Origin: an uncultured Clostridia bacterium
GTDB lineage: Bacteria; Bacillota; Clostridia; Christensenellales; UBA1242
Length of the DNA: 64,000 nucleotides
Direction of reading: 5' to 3'
Assembly (NCBI GenBank): GCA_944349895.1
Contig: CALVNQ010000001.1
Span: forward strand, 48,948 to 112,947
Below the pieces are notes generated by a model, which saw only the letters and a program-made list of their open reading frames with translations, had not been told where the DNA came from and searched no databases. Of this stretch, positions 18,651 to 28,695 are shown piece after piece; the first letter of the stretch is position 1, and the number at the start of each line of letters is the position of its first letter. A program made the position numbers and the translations under genes.

Positions 18651-19864
18651 AAAAAAGTTTGTATTATTTATTTTTAATTTGTATTTTTATTTCTCCATTT
18701 ATTTTTATAAATTCTTATTTGATAAGTCCTTCTCAATATAACATTGAAATTTTAAAAGCTTCTACTGAAAATTCTCTTGAAAATGAAATAGAAAACTCGG
18801 TCAACGACCAACTTGACGACCTCGATGTTAGTGAACTGGAAGACCTTTTAAATAGTTCTGAAAACGTTGAAGATTTGTTTCAAGGTAAAACCTTTTTAGA
18901 AAAAATTGCATCAATTATTAATGGAGAATTTGCAGAAGACTCAAACTCTGTATGGGAAGCTTTATTAAATTTAGTTTTCGATAACCTGCTTTCTTTTTTA
19001 CCAATTATTGCCACAGTTATTGCTGTTTCAATTCTGGGCGGAATGATACAAAATTTAAAACCTAACCTTGGTGGAAAATCCATAGGCTCTGTTGTCCATT
19101 TTGTCACTTATGGAGTTGTAGTTATCCTTGTTTTTACTGTCATCATGAAAATGATTTCTGTAACTTCTAGCACTCTAGGCTCAATAAAATCCCAAATGGA
19201 TGCTGTGTTCCCAATTTTATTAACAATGCTTACGGCAGTTGGAGGCACGGTTTCTGTTTCAGTGTATCAGCCCGCTATGGCTCTTTTAACCACTATAATT
19301 ATAAATATTTTTACCATATTTTTGATGCCCTTGTTTTTAATTTCTACCGTGCTCTCTTTAGTAAGCAATCTTTCCAATAACATCAAACTTGATAAATTTA
19401 TTTCTTTCATTAACTCTCTTTTTAAATGGGTAATTGGTTTGGTATTTACCATATTTATAGGATTTGCTTCTATTCAGGGAATTACTGCTGGTTCAATTGA
19501 TGGCCTTTCAATTAAAACTGCAAAATTTGCAATCAAAAGTTATGTTCCCATCGTCGGTTCTTATATTTCCGATGGTCTTTATATTGTCCTTGCTTCATCG
19601 TCTCTTATTAAAAACGCTGTCGGCGCATGTGGACTTTTAATGCTGGTTGGGACAATATTAGCTCCAGTCATTGAACTTATAATTTTTATGCTGGCATTAA
19701 AATTAATCGCAGGAATTATCGAACCTCTTGGAGATGGCAAAGTCGCATCTTTCGTAAGTACTATATCTAAAAATATGGCTTTGCTTATTTCAATGATTGT
19801 GGCAGTTTCTTTTATGTATGTAATTCTAACCGGTCTTGTTATGTGCAGCGCTAATATTATCTAA
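18647..19864 (+). CDS. spoIIIAE: stage III sporulation protein AE
   Basis: 405-aa polytopic membrane protein with a signal-like N-terminus. Operon order supports the call. Confidence 0.88.
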   Translation: MKKSLYYLFLICIFISPFIFINSYLISPSQYNIEILKASTENSLENEIENSVNDQLDDLDVSELEDLLNSSENVEDLFQGKTFLEKIASIINGEFAEDSNSVWEALLNLVFDNLLSFLPIIATVIAVSILGGMIQNLKPNLGGKSIGSVVHFVTYGVVVILVFTVIMKMISVTSSTLGSIKSQMDAVFPILLTMLTAVGGTVSVSVYQPAMALLTTIIINIFTIFLMPLFLISTVLSLVSNLSNNIKLDKFISFINSLFKWVIGLVFTIFIGFASIQGITAGSIDGLSIKTAKFAIKSYVPIVGSYISDGLYIVLASSSLIKNAVGACGLLMLVGTILAPVIELIIFMLALKLIAGIIEPLGDGKVASFVSTISKNMALLISMIVAVSFMYVILTGLVMCSANII

Positions 19865-19876
19865 ATAGGAGGGTTT

Positions 19877-20377
19877 ATGTTTAGCTCTGTTTCCTCTTGG
19901 ATACTTTCAATTGCAGGTGTTATTAGTTTATCAGTTATTGTTGAACTGATGCTCCCAGAAGGTCAAATCAATAAATATATTCGTAGTATATTCTCCTTTA
20001 TTATTGTTTTAGTTATTATTTCGCCTTTGCCTAGCTTAATTGGAAAAAATTTCAATTTTAATGATTTGTCTATCTCACAAGAATATGAACTTCAAGAAGA
20101 CTATATTTATCAATTAAATGTTTATAAAACTGAAGCTATTCAAAATGAAATTTCATCAGATATAGAAAATAGTGGATACAAGAATGTTATCGTTTCTGTT
20201 TCAAGTGAAAATTTTTCAACTAATTTTAAAATTAAGTCAGTTTATGTCGAACTTTCAAATTTAGTCATATCAGAAAATGCTAAACATAAAAATATTATAG
20301 ACATTGAGAATGAAATTTTAAATATTGTTCTTTCTCATGCAAAAGTCGATAGGGCGGAGGTGTATTTTGAAAAATAA
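19877..20377 (+). CDS. spoIIIAF: stage III sporulation protein AF
   Basis: Two N-terminal TM helices plus a soluble domain. Operon order supports the call. Confidence 0.8.
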   Translation: MFSSVSSWILSIAGVISLSVIVELMLPEGQINKYIRSIFSFIIVLVIISPLPSLIGKNFNFNDLSISQEYELQEDYIYQLNVYKTEAIQNEISSDIENSGYKNVIVSVSSENFSTNFKIKSVYVELSNLVISENAKHKNIIDIENEILNIVLSHAKVDRAEVYFEK

Positions 20378-20906
20378 ATTTTTAGATTTATTTAAAAATT
20401 TCGCTGAAAATATAAAAACAAATCGTAAACTTCAAATTGGACTGGCCATCTTATTTGGAATTTTATTAATTTGTTGCTACTTTCTTTTCATACATTCTCC
20501 GTCTGATTCTAACAATAGTAATAGTAATAATGATAACACCAATATATCTCTATCAGCTGCCGAAGCTTATGCCAATAGTTTAGAAAATAAATTAGCTAAA
20601 ATATTGTCACAAGTAAAAGGAGCAGGTGAGGTCAGTGTTCTTGTTACTCTCGGAAGTGGATTTGAATATGTCTATGCCACAGAAGAAACTATCAAAGAAA
20701 CTTCTTCCGGCTCGACTACCACAAATACTATTGTTTTAGTTTCTGGAGAACCTGTTCTTGTTAAGGAAGTTTATCCGGAAATTTCAGGTGTGCTTGTTTC
20801 AGCAACCGGCGCTGACAATATATCCGTCAAGCTCAACCTCGTTACAGCTATTCAAACTGTAATCGACGTCGCAAATGAAGACATCACAATTTTAACAAGA
20901 GTTTAA
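20367..20906 (+). CDS. spoIIIAG: stage III sporulation protein AG
   Basis: The likely start is the in-frame TTG at 20367, 7 nt after GGCGGAGG. The ORF-track start at 20325 lacks an SD. The protein has a TM helix and a ring-forming-like C-terminal domain. Confidence 0.75.
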   Translation: MKNKFLDLFKNFAENIKTNRKLQIGLAILFGILLICCYFLFIHSPSDSNNSNSNNDNTNISLSAAEAYANSLENKLAKILSQVKGAGEVSVLVTLGSGFEYVYATEETIKETSSGSTTTNTIVLVSGEPVLVKEVYPEISGVLVSATGADNISVKLNLVTAIQTVIDVANEDITILTRV

Positions 20907-20918
20907 AAGGAGATAATT

Positions 20919-21386
20919 ATGAAAAAAAGAACTAAAATTATTATTCTTGCAGTTATGGTTGTTTTATTAGGTGTAACGGGTTATTTAAATGTTGTGTTAA
21001 ATAATTCTGTAGATGAAGTCCCAACTCAAACAACAACCACAAGCTACTTCGCTTCTTATAGACAAGATAGAGAATCAAGAAGGGATCAAGAACTTCTTTA
21101 TTATCAAGCTATAGCTGAAAGTCCTTCTTCTACTGCTGAAGCAATTGCGGCTGCCGATCAAGCAAGAATAGATTTAATTGCTCAAATGGACAAAGAACTT
21201 GTTGTCGAAGGTTTAATAAAAGGTATCGGTTTTAATGATTGTGTTATAACTATGTCTTCTACTAACGTTAATGTTTTAGTTGATGCAGATGTTCTTAATG
21301 AAACAGAAGTCAAACAAATCGTTGCCATTGTTCAAGAACAACTAGGTACAGAATTAGAAAATATTAAAATAATTCCTGTTGAATGA
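20919..21386 (+). CDS. spoIIIAH: stage III sporulation protein AH
   Basis: N-terminal TM helix plus a YscJ/FliF-like domain. It is the last gene of the operon. Confidence 0.8.
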   Translation: MKKRTKIIILAVMVVLLGVTGYLNVVLNNSVDEVPTQTTTTSYFASYRQDRESRRDQELLYYQAIAESPSSTAEAIAAADQARIDLIAQMDKELVVEGLIKGIGFNDCVITMSSTNVNVLVDADVLNETEVKQIVAIVQEQLGTELENIKIIPVE

Positions 21387-21435
21387 TTGGACAATATTGT
21401 TAGTAATGTGATATAATATCTTCATAGGAGATATT

Positions 21436-21801
21436 ATGACTGATAATAAACGTTATAATGAAGATGGAAAAATAACATGTGATAAAAATATTCTTTATTC
21501 AATTGTAAACCTTGCCACAAAAGAGATAAAAGGTGTGGCAAGGCTTTCTAATTCTGATTTACCTTGGTATAAAAAATTGTTTTCTAAACAAGACTATGAA
21601 GGTGTAAAAATTCGCTTTGAATCTAATGGATCATTAAGAATTGATGTCTACGTTGATGTTTATATAGGCGAAAGCATGCCTGACCTGTCTTATAGAATTC
21701 AAGAAAATATAAAAAATAACCTTTCTAGCATGGTCGAAATGAAAGCTTCAAGTATAAATGTTCATGTTATGAATGTTATATGTGATCGCATTGATGCTTA
21801 A
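21436..21801 (+). CDS. Asp23/Gls24 (alkaline shock) family protein
   Basis: 121 aa with regions typical of the family (ILYSIVNLATKEIKGV, VDVYV). The conserved slot lies before nusB. Confidence 0.8.
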   Translation: MTDNKRYNEDGKITCDKNILYSIVNLATKEIKGVARLSNSDLPWYKKLFSKQDYEGVKIRFESNGSLRIDVYVDVYIGESMPDLSYRIQENIKNNLSSMVEMKASSINVHVMNVICDRIDA

Positions 21802-21816
21802 CAAAAGAGGAATAAA

Positions 21817-22209
21817 ATGAGAAGAGATTCGCGTGTCTTTGCATTCAAGTTAGTTTTTGAAAGATTATTTAATACTCAACCTTTTGACGACGAATTATGG
21901 GAAGAATTAAACGATAAAGATAAAAATTTAGCAGAAGAAATTTTTGAGCATTATATCAACCACAAGAAGGAAATCGAAAATAAAATAGAAAATTTACTTA
22001 TCGGTTATAGCCTTTCTCGTATCCATAAAATCGATTTAGCTTTATTGTCCATAGCAGTTGCAGAAATTGATTATGTTAAAACACCAGCGCCTGTTGTAAT
22101 AAACGAAATAATAGAAATTGCAAAAGTTTATTCTTCAGAAGAAGCTCCTAAATTTTTAAATGGTATTCTTGCTTCAATAGTGAAAGGAAATGCTGAAAAG
22201 GATAATTAG
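21817..22209 (+). CDS. nusB: transcription antitermination factor NusB
   Basis: Starts RRDSRVFAFKLVF; 130 aa. Confidence 0.9.
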   Translation: MRRDSRVFAFKLVFERLFNTQPFDDELWEELNDKDKNLAEEIFEHYINHKKEIENKIENLLIGYSLSRIHKIDLALLSIAVAEIDYVKTPAPVVINEIIEIAKVYSSEEAPKFLNGILASIVKGNAEKDN

Positions 22210-22211
22210 AA

Positions 22212-23333
22212 ATGTTAGGTACTTTAACTGTTTCTCAATACAATAATTATATTAAACAAATTTTTGATGCAGAAGAACTTCTCCACAATATTAAAATTGT
22301 AGGGGAAGTTTTTGGATTATCTTTTTCGAAAACAGCAATTTATTTTTCACTAAAAGACGATGGGGGAATGATAAGTTGTGTTTGTTTTTATCCTGATCTT
22401 TTAAAAGATATTCAAGAGGGAGATAAAATCATCATAACTGGTTCACCAAACTATTATGTAAAAGGTGGCAGGCTTTCTTTTAATGTTTTAAATATAGAAA
22501 AAGAAGGGCAAGGAGATCTTTATCAACAGTTTATATTAATGAAAAATAAACTAGAAAAAGAAGGATTGTTTAATATAGAAAATAAAAAACCTATGCCAAA
22601 AATTATAAAATCAATCGCAGTTATAACTTCTAAAGATGGTGCAGTAATTCATGATATTTGCAATATTGCAAAAAGACGAGATCCTTCTATAAACATTGTT
22701 TTATATCCAGTAAAGGTCCAAGGGAATGGCGCTGATGACGAAATAGTTACCGCAATAAAAGATCTTTCCGAATTTAATGAAGTAGATGTCATAGTTGTAG
22801 CTAGAGGAGGGGGTTCCTTGGAAGATCTGTCGGCTTATAATACAGAAAAAGTTGCTCGAGCAACTTTCGATTGTAAAAAATTCATAATGAGCGCAGTTGG
22901 ACATGAGACTGACTTTACAATTATTGACTTCGTAGCCGACTTACGTGCCCCAACACCATCAGCCGCTGCTGAATTATTAACAAAAGAAAAAAGTGAACAA
23001 AAAAATAAATTTATTCAAACATTTAATACTTATAAAATCACACTTAATAATTTTATAAAGAACAAATTTTCATTATTAAAAAACAATGATGAAAATTTTC
23101 AAAATTTAACAGAAAAATATTTTTTAAATAAAAATTATGAACTTGGTCTGCTTGAAACTTCTTTAAATAAATTAGATCCAACAGCAATTTTAAAAAGAGG
23201 TTTTGCTAAAATTGAGCAATCAGGAAAAGTTGTTGACAAGGCCAAAAACATTATGTTAGAATCAGACTTAGAAATAAAATTTTTAGATGGAACTGTAATT
23301 GCAAAACCAAAAGAGGTGAAAAATGACGTATGA
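22212..23333 (+). CDS. xseA: exodeoxyribonuclease VII large subunit
   Basis: N-terminal OB fold (VSQYNNYIKQ), an ARGGGSLEDL block, and the xseA-xseB pairing. Confidence 0.92.
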   Translation: MLGTLTVSQYNNYIKQIFDAEELLHNIKIVGEVFGLSFSKTAIYFSLKDDGGMISCVCFYPDLLKDIQEGDKIIITGSPNYYVKGGRLSFNVLNIEKEGQGDLYQQFILMKNKLEKEGLFNIENKKPMPKIIKSIAVITSKDGAVIHDICNIAKRRDPSINIVLYPVKVQGNGADDEIVTAIKDLSEFNEVDVIVVARGGGSLEDLSAYNTEKVARATFDCKKFIMSAVGHETDFTIIDFVADLRAPTPSAAAELLTKEKSEQKNKFIQTFNTYKITLNNFIKNKFSLLKNNDENFQNLTEKYFLNKNYELGLLETSLNKLDPTAILKRGFAKIEQSGKVVDKAKNIMLESDLEIKFLDGTVIAKPKEVKNDV

Positions 23334-23529
23334 AATTGCTATCGAAAAATTAAATCAAATTATAGAAAAATTATCAACAGAAAGTATTCCTTTAGCAGAT
23401 GCAACTTCTATTTTTGAAGAAGGAATGAAACTAATTAAATTTTGCTACGAACAACTAAAATCAACAAAAGGTAAAATTTTCGAAATTAAAAAAGAAATGG
23501 ATTCTTTAAAATTGGAGGAATTAGAATGA
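23323..23529 (+). CDS. xseB: exodeoxyribonuclease VII small subunit
   Basis: 68-aa helical protein that overlaps the end of xseA. Confidence 0.88.
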   Translation: MTYEIAIEKLNQIIEKLSTESIPLADATSIFEEGMKLIKFCYEQLKSTKGKIFEIKKEMDSLKLEELE

Positions 23530-25226
23530 GAATATCTAAACTTGTTGGTGAAAGACTTAAAGATGCACCAGCCAATGCTACTTCAAGAAGCCACATTTAT
23601 CTTTCTCGTGCTGGGTACATAAAACAAGTCGCTAATGGAATTTACACTTTTCTTCCTCCAGCTGAAAAAGTTAGCAAAAAAATTCAAGATATTATTAGAG
23701 AAGAAATGGATGCAATTGATGGGCAAGAAGTTTTGTTTCCAGTGGTTATGCCTAGAGAACTTTGGGATTTAAGTGGAAGATACCAATCTATAGGTGCCGA
23801 ATTAGTCAGATTCAAAGATAGATCTCAGCATGACTTAGTTCTTGGTATGACTCATGAAGAAGCCGCAGTGCACGCTGCCTTGGGGACAGTAAAAAGCTAT
23901 GAACAGCTTCCTTTTATGATCTACCAAATACAAACCAAATTCAGAGATGAAGCTAGAGCAAGGGCAGGGTTGATAAGAGTTAGAGAATTTTTAATGAAGG
24001 ATGCATATTCTTTCCACACTACCCAAGAAGACCTTGAAAATTATTATAAAAAAGTTTACGATTCGTATATTCGAATATTCTCAAGAATAGGATTAAAAAA
24101 AGTCATATCAGTGCATTCAGACAGTGGTATGATGGGGGGAAAAGTTGCTGATGAATTTCAACTATTAACAGATATAGGTGAAGATACGATTATTATTTGT
24201 CCAAATTGCGATACAGCTTCAAACATCGATGTCGCTTGCTCAGTTATTGATGACAACGATCACATATTTGGTGTAAAACAAGAAGTTTTCACTGGTGAAG
24301 CAAAAACCATTGATGAAGTATGTTCTAACTTAAATAAAAATCCAAAACAAGTTGTTAAAGCTGTGTGTTATGCTATAATTGGAAATGATAAAAATGTTGT
24401 TATCGCTTTTTTAAGAGGCGATAAAGAGGTAAACGAAGCAAAGCTTAAATCTTTGGTAGGTTCTGATATAGCAATAAAAGATTTAGAAGATTCTGGACTA
24501 ATAAAAGGTAATATTGGTTGCGTTAATTTAAATTTAGAAAATGCACTAATTTATTATGACAAATCTCTTGAAGGCCTTGAAAGTTTCGTTACCGGAGCAA
24601 ACAAAGAAGGCTATCATTTTATTGGTGTTTCAATGACAAGAGATGTAAAACCTGACAAATATGTCGATATTTCAAAAGTTTCGGAAGGAGAAAAATGTCC
24701 AGTTTGTGGCGCTAATCTTTTAGTTAAAAATGGTATTGAAATTGGTAACATATTCCAACTTGGAACACGTTATACTTCAAAAATGGGATTAACAATTCAT
24801 ATGCCTGATGGATCTCAAGCAAATCCAGTTATGGGTTGTTATGGAATTGGTATAGGACGTTGCTTGGCCAGCATCGCAGAAGAAAATTGTGACGAAAAAG
24901 GTTTAGTTTGGCCAATGAGTGTCGCCCCTTGGCATATATACCTTTGCGCAATTCGAAATGATGATCAAAATGTAAAAGAACAAGCTGAAAGACTATATGA
25001 CAAATTGACGGCAGAAAATTTTGAAGTACTATATGACGATAGAATCACGTCTGCAGGGGTTAAACTTACTGATAGTGAATTGATGGGAATCCCTGTTAGA
25101 ATTGTGATCAGTCCTAAAACAATTGAAAATGGTGAATTAGAAATAACAATAAGAAAAACCGGTGAAAAAATATTTGTGAAGGAAGAGAATCTTTCAAAAA
25201 AATTAGACGAAATTATTGTATATTAA
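23526..25226 (+). CDS. proS: prolyl-tRNA synthetase (bacterial type with editing insertion)
   Basis: Carries class II motifs (FRDEARARAGLIRVREF, GCYGIGIGR). 566 aa. No T-box leader is present, because it overlaps xseB. Confidence 0.95.
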   Translation: MRISKLVGERLKDAPANATSRSHIYLSRAGYIKQVANGIYTFLPPAEKVSKKIQDIIREEMDAIDGQEVLFPVVMPRELWDLSGRYQSIGAELVRFKDRSQHDLVLGMTHEEAAVHAALGTVKSYEQLPFMIYQIQTKFRDEARARAGLIRVREFLMKDAYSFHTTQEDLENYYKKVYDSYIRIFSRIGLKKVISVHSDSGMMGGKVADEFQLLTDIGEDTIIICPNCDTASNIDVACSVIDDNDHIFGVKQEVFTGEAKTIDEVCSNLNKNPKQVVKAVCYAIIGNDKNVVIAFLRGDKEVNEAKLKSLVGSDIAIKDLEDSGLIKGNIGCVNLNLENALIYYDKSLEGLESFVTGANKEGYHFIGVSMTRDVKPDKYVDISKVSEGEKCPVCGANLLVKNGIEIGNIFQLGTRYTSKMGLTIHMPDGSQANPVMGCYGIGIGRCLASIAEENCDEKGLVWPMSVAPWHIYLCAIRNDDQNVKEQAERLYDKLTAENFEVLYDDRITSAGVKLTDSELMGIPVRIVISPKTIENGELEITIRKTGEKIFVKEENLSKKLDEIIVY

Positions 25227-25267
25227 TAATTAACATATATAACAATTTTATAAAATATAATTATTAT

Positions 25268-25867
25268 ATGAAAGAAAAAAAGGTTAAAACAACTTCGGTA
25301 GAAATCAAGCGATATCGTTGGGCATTTAAGATGTTCGTGATATCGCTTTGTTTATCTTCATTGTTTTCTTTACTGAGCCAAAGTGTTCTGTCATCCTTGG
25401 GAGCAATTATGGCTGCAATCATGATTGCTCTTTTCATCTTCATAAGTGTTATTTTTGATATGATAGGGATTGCAGTAACAAGCGCTGATGAAGAATATTT
25501 CTTACTACAAAAAGAAAAAAATAATCAGGGTAGTGAAATAGCTTTAAAGCTTAAAAAAAATTCTGAAAAAGTCTGTTCTTTCTGTGCAGATGTGGTCGGA
25601 GATATTTGTGGAATACTATCAGGCGCAGGTGGGGCATGTATAATTCTTTCTATATCTAAAAATATTTCACAGAATAATTTGGTTATTCTTATTTCAACAC
25701 TAGTAAGCTCAATAATAGCTGGTTTAACAATTTTATTTAAAGCGCTTATGAAAGAACATGCTATAAAAAACTCAAACAAAATAATAATGCGTTTAAGTAA
25801 ATTAATAGAAAAATTATTTTTTTATAAAAAAAATAAAAATCATAGAAAATCTCTTGACAATAAATAA
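25268..25867 (+). CDS. hypothetical multi-TM membrane protein (possibly CNNM/DUF21-like TM module)
   Basis: 199 aa with hydrophobic helices and a basic C-terminal tail. The family assignment is only a loose pattern resemblance. Confidence 0.6.
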   Translation: MKEKKVKTTSVEIKRYRWAFKMFVISLCLSSLFSLLSQSVLSSLGAIMAAIMIALFIFISVIFDMIGIAVTSADEEYFLLQKEKNNQGSEIALKLKKNSEKVCSFCADVVGDICGILSGAGGACIILSISKNISQNNLVILISTLVSSIIAGLTILFKALMKEHAIKNSNKIIMRLSKLIEKLFFYKKNKNHRKSLDNK

Positions 25868-25883
25868 GTTTTTATGTTATCAT
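25854..25883 (+). promoter_or_regulatory. sigma-A-type promoter of infC-rpmI-rplT
   Basis: TTGACA (25854-25859), an 18-nt spacer, then TGtTATCAT (25875-25883). It lies inside the 3' end of the upstream CDS. Confidence 0.55.
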
Positions 25884-26010
25884 CATTGAGTCGAAAGCAG
25901 AAGTTTCCACTTCTCACCAGTCAAACTTTTTGATTTAGACTGCGTTAAAAACTTTTTATTAATGAGTTTTTTTTGGTGGAAATGTTTTGCATTCCACCAT
26001 TTTTTTTATA
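25884..26010 (+). promoter_or_regulatory. L20 (rplT) autoregulatory leader with terminator/attenuator
   Basis: It lies upstream of infC, where the Firmicute L20 leader sits. The terminator hairpin pairs GGTGGAA with TTCCACC (25975-25998) and is followed by a T8 run. Confidence 0.6.
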
Positions 26011-26026
26011 AAAGGAGACAACGAAA

Positions 26027-26539
26027 ATTTTTAAGGAACTTTTAATTAACGAACAAATTTCTGCCGATGAAATAAGATTAATTGGTGAAGAAGGTGAACA
26101 ACTTGGAGTTGTAACATTTTCACAAGCAATGCATCTCGCAGAAGAAAAAAATCTTGATCTTGTTCTTATGAACGGAGCCTCTAGCCCTGCTGTTTGTAAA
26201 CTTATGGACTACGGTAAATATAAATATGATTCTATCAAAAAAGATAAAGAAATGAAAAAGAATCAAAAAATTGTTGAGATAAAAGAAATTCAATTATCCA
26301 TGACAATTAGCGACCATGATATTGCTTATCGTGTTACAAATGCAAAAAAATTCTTGGCCGACGGAAACAAAGTTAAAGTTACTTTAAGAATGAGAGGGAG
26401 ACAACAAGCTTACACTAAAGCTTGCATAGATGTCGTAAAAAACTTTACTTCTAAACTTGAAGACTGTGGTTCTTGTGAAAAAGAGCCAGAAGTTAACGGG
26501 CGTAACATAATTGTCGTTGTAAGTCCTAAAAAAGCATAA
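26027..26539 (+). CDS. infC: translation initiation factor IF-3 (ATT start)
   Basis: The in-frame extension IFKELLINEQISADEIRLIGEEGEQLGVV restores the conserved IF-3 N-terminus. ATT at 26027 lies 9 nt after GGAGA. The ORF-track ATG at 26129 would truncate the N-terminal domain. Confidence 0.88.
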   Translation: MFKELLINEQISADEIRLIGEEGEQLGVVTFSQAMHLAEEKNLDLVLMNGASSPAVCKLMDYGKYKYDSIKKDKEMKKNQKIVEIKEIQLSMTISDHDIAYRVTNAKKFLADGNKVKVTLRMRGRQQAYTKACIDVVKNFTSKLEDCGSCEKEPEVNGRNIIVVVSPKKA

Positions 26540-26557
26540 ATTAAAAGGAGATATAAA

Positions 26558-26755
26558 ATGCCAAAACAAAAAACACATAGTGGTACAAAAAAACGTTTTA
26601 AATTAACCGCAACAGGTAAAGTTAAGTACGCACGTCCAACAAAGGGACATTTCTTAACAAATAAATCAAAATCAAGAAAAAGAAAACTAAGAAAAGGTTC
26701 ATATATTGCTGGTAAAAATTCTAACAATATTAAATCTTTACTTGGTGCAAAGTAA
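26558..26755 (+). CDS. rpmI: 50S ribosomal protein L35
   Basis: Starts MPKQKTHSGTKKRFK; 65 aa. Confidence 0.95.
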   Translation: MPKQKTHSGTKKRFKLTATGKVKYARPTKGHFLTNKSKSRKRKLRKGSYIAGKNSNNIKSLLGAK

Positions 26756-26770
26756 TAGGAGGGCAGTGGT

Positions 26771-27115
26771 ATGAGAATTAAAAGAGCTGTAAACGCTGTA
26801 AAAAAACGTAGAAAAATTTTAAAACAAGCAAAAGGTTATCGTGGAGCTAAATCAAAACTTTATAGAACTGCTCGTGAACAAGTAATGAAAAGCGGGATGT
26901 ATGCATACATCGGACGTAAACAAAAGAAAAGAGATTTCCGTGCTCTTTGGATAACAAGAATTAATGCTGCATGCAGACAAAATGATATTTCATATAGTAG
27001 ATTTATTGCAGGTCTTAAATCTAAAAATATAGATTTAAACAGAAAAGTGCTTGCAGATATAGCTGTCAAAGACCCAGAAGCATTTAAATCTCTCGTTGCT
27101 GAGGTAAAAGCATAG
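26771..27115 (+). CDS. rplT: 50S ribosomal protein L20
   Basis: Starts [25 protein letters not shown]; 114 aa. Confidence 0.95.
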   Translation: MRIKRAVNAVKKRRKILKQAKGYRGAKSKLYRTAREQVMKSGMYAYIGRKQKKRDFRALWITRINAACRQNDISYSRFIAGLKSKNIDLNRKVLADIAVKDPEAFKSLVAEVKA

Positions 27116-27837
27116 TGTTGAAAGCAAGTGGCGAACTTGTAAAAAAACTAAAAAAGCAAAAAAGAGAAAATAATTTTTTGCTTTTTTTGGATAACCCAAA
27201 AATTATTTTTGATGCTATTAAACAAGGGGCAAAACCAATATTAGCACTAACAACAAAGGATAAAATCAATAATTTAAATTGTGAAACCTATTTAACTTCT
27301 CAAACTGTTATTGATTCGTTATCTGATGTCAAAACCCCACAGGGTGTGGTTGTTATGTTAGAATATACACAACCTGTTGTTACGGCTCCCAAAAATAATT
27401 TTTTAGTTTTAGATAATCTTCAAGATCCAGGAAATGTTGGTACTTTAATCAGAAGCGCTTTAGCTTTTGGAATGGAATGTGTTTTTGTTGTTGATGGAGT
27501 TAAACCAACGAACAGTAAAGTTATAAGAAGTTCAGCTGGTGCTGTTTTCAACATTCCTGTTTATTATCTAACAAAATCTGAATTTATTAACTTATCAGAA
27601 ACTAATCATTTTACCTTACTTAAAACAGATATGGAGGGAGAAAATATACATAAATTTATTTTCTCAAATCCTGTTGGTGTTGTGATAGGTAATGAAGGTA
27701 AAGGGGTAAGCAAAGAAATTTCAAAAATATGTTCAAAAACTCTTACTATTCCAATGGAAGAAGGAATAGAAAGTTTAAACGCAGGTGTATGTGGATCCAT
27801 TATTATGTATCACATACATTCTCAAAAAAATAAATAA
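27115..27837 (+). CDS. TrmH/SpoU-family RNA 2'-O-methyltransferase (YsgA-like)
   Basis: Carries SpoU motifs ([28 protein letters not shown]). The GTG start overlaps the rplT stop. Confidence 0.85.
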   Translation: MLKASGELVKKLKKQKRENNFLLFLDNPKIIFDAIKQGAKPILALTTKDKINNLNCETYLTSQTVIDSLSDVKTPQGVVVMLEYTQPVVTAPKNNFLVLDNLQDPGNVGTLIRSALAFGMECVFVVDGVKPTNSKVIRSSAGAVFNIPVYYLTKSEFINLSETNHFTLLKTDMEGENIHKFIFSNPVGVVIGNEGKGVSKEISKICSKTLTIPMEEGIESLNAGVCGSIIMYHIHSQKNK

Positions 27838-27848
27838 GGAGGAAAATT

Positions 27849-28598
27849 ATGTCTGGACATTCAAAATGGCACAATATTCAAGCCACAAAAGGAAAAGCAG
27901 ATGCTGCTAGAAGTAAAATCTTTACAAAAATTGGCAGAGAACTTGCTGTCGCTGTTAAACTTGGAGGCCCAGATCCTTCCAGCAATGCGACATTAAGGGC
28001 TGTGATAACCAAAGCTAAACAAAATAACATGCCTAACGATAATATTGACCGAAGTATAAAAAAAGCTGCAGGCGAACTAGGAAATGTTAATTATGAATCT
28101 ATAATCTACGAAGGGTACGGAGTAGGAGGATCTGCAGTGATAGTAGACTGTTTAACAGATAATAAAAATAGAACTGCTGGAGATGTGCGTCATGCTTTTG
28201 ATAAACATGGAGGTTCTTTAGGATCTACAGGTTGCGTTAGTTATCTTTTCCAAAGAAAAGGGGTTATAATAATTCCTAGGGCAGAAGGTTTAGACATAGA
28301 TGAATTAATGATGGATGCTTTAGATGCTGGCGCCAAAGATGTAATTGAATTAGACGATGAAATTGAAGTAATAGCAGAACCTAACGATTTAGAAAAAGTT
28401 AAAAACAATTTGGAGAACAAAAGCTACAAAATTGCATTGAGCGAATCAACATTAATTCCTGACATGTATGTAGATTTAGATGAGCAAAAACTCGCAACAT
28501 TTAAAAAGATGATAACAGTTTTAGAAGATCTTGATGATGTTCAAACAGTATATCATAATGTAAATATCCCAGATGAATTTGTTGAAGAAGAAGAATAA
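27849..28598 (+). CDS. yebC: YebC/PmpR-family transcriptional regulator
   Basis: Starts [11 protein letters not shown]; 249 aa; lies upstream of ruvC. Confidence 0.9.
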   Translation: MSGHSKWHNIQATKGKADAARSKIFTKIGRELAVAVKLGGPDPSSNATLRAVITKAKQNNMPNDNIDRSIKKAAGELGNVNYESIIYEGYGVGGSAVIVDCLTDNKNRTAGDVRHAFDKHGGSLGSTGCVSYLFQRKGVIIIPRAEGLDIDELMMDALDAGAKDVIELDDEIEVIAEPNDLEKVKNNLENKSYKIALSESTLIPDMYVDLDEQKLATFKKMITVLEDLDDVQTVYHNVNIPDEFVEEEE

Positions 28599-28617
28599 AC
28601 AAATTTCTGTTTAATCA

Positions 28618-28648
28618 AAAGAAATACACCTTCTGTATTTCTTTTTTT
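28618..28648 (+). terminator. intrinsic terminator after yebC
   Basis: Stem AGAAATACA pairs with TGTATTTCT around a 5-nt loop, followed by a T7 run. Confidence 0.8.
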
Positions 28649-28660
28649 ATTGTCTTTTAT

Positions 28661-28689
28661 TTGACAAAATATGACTAATAATATAAAAT
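28661..28689 (+). promoter_or_regulatory. sigma-A-type promoter of ruvCAB-queA-tgt, positioned for a leaderless transcript
   Basis: TTGACA (28661-28666), a 17-nt spacer, then TAAAAT (28684-28689). The ATG follows 6 nt later and has no SD. Confidence 0.55.
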
Positions 28690-28695
28690 CTAATT

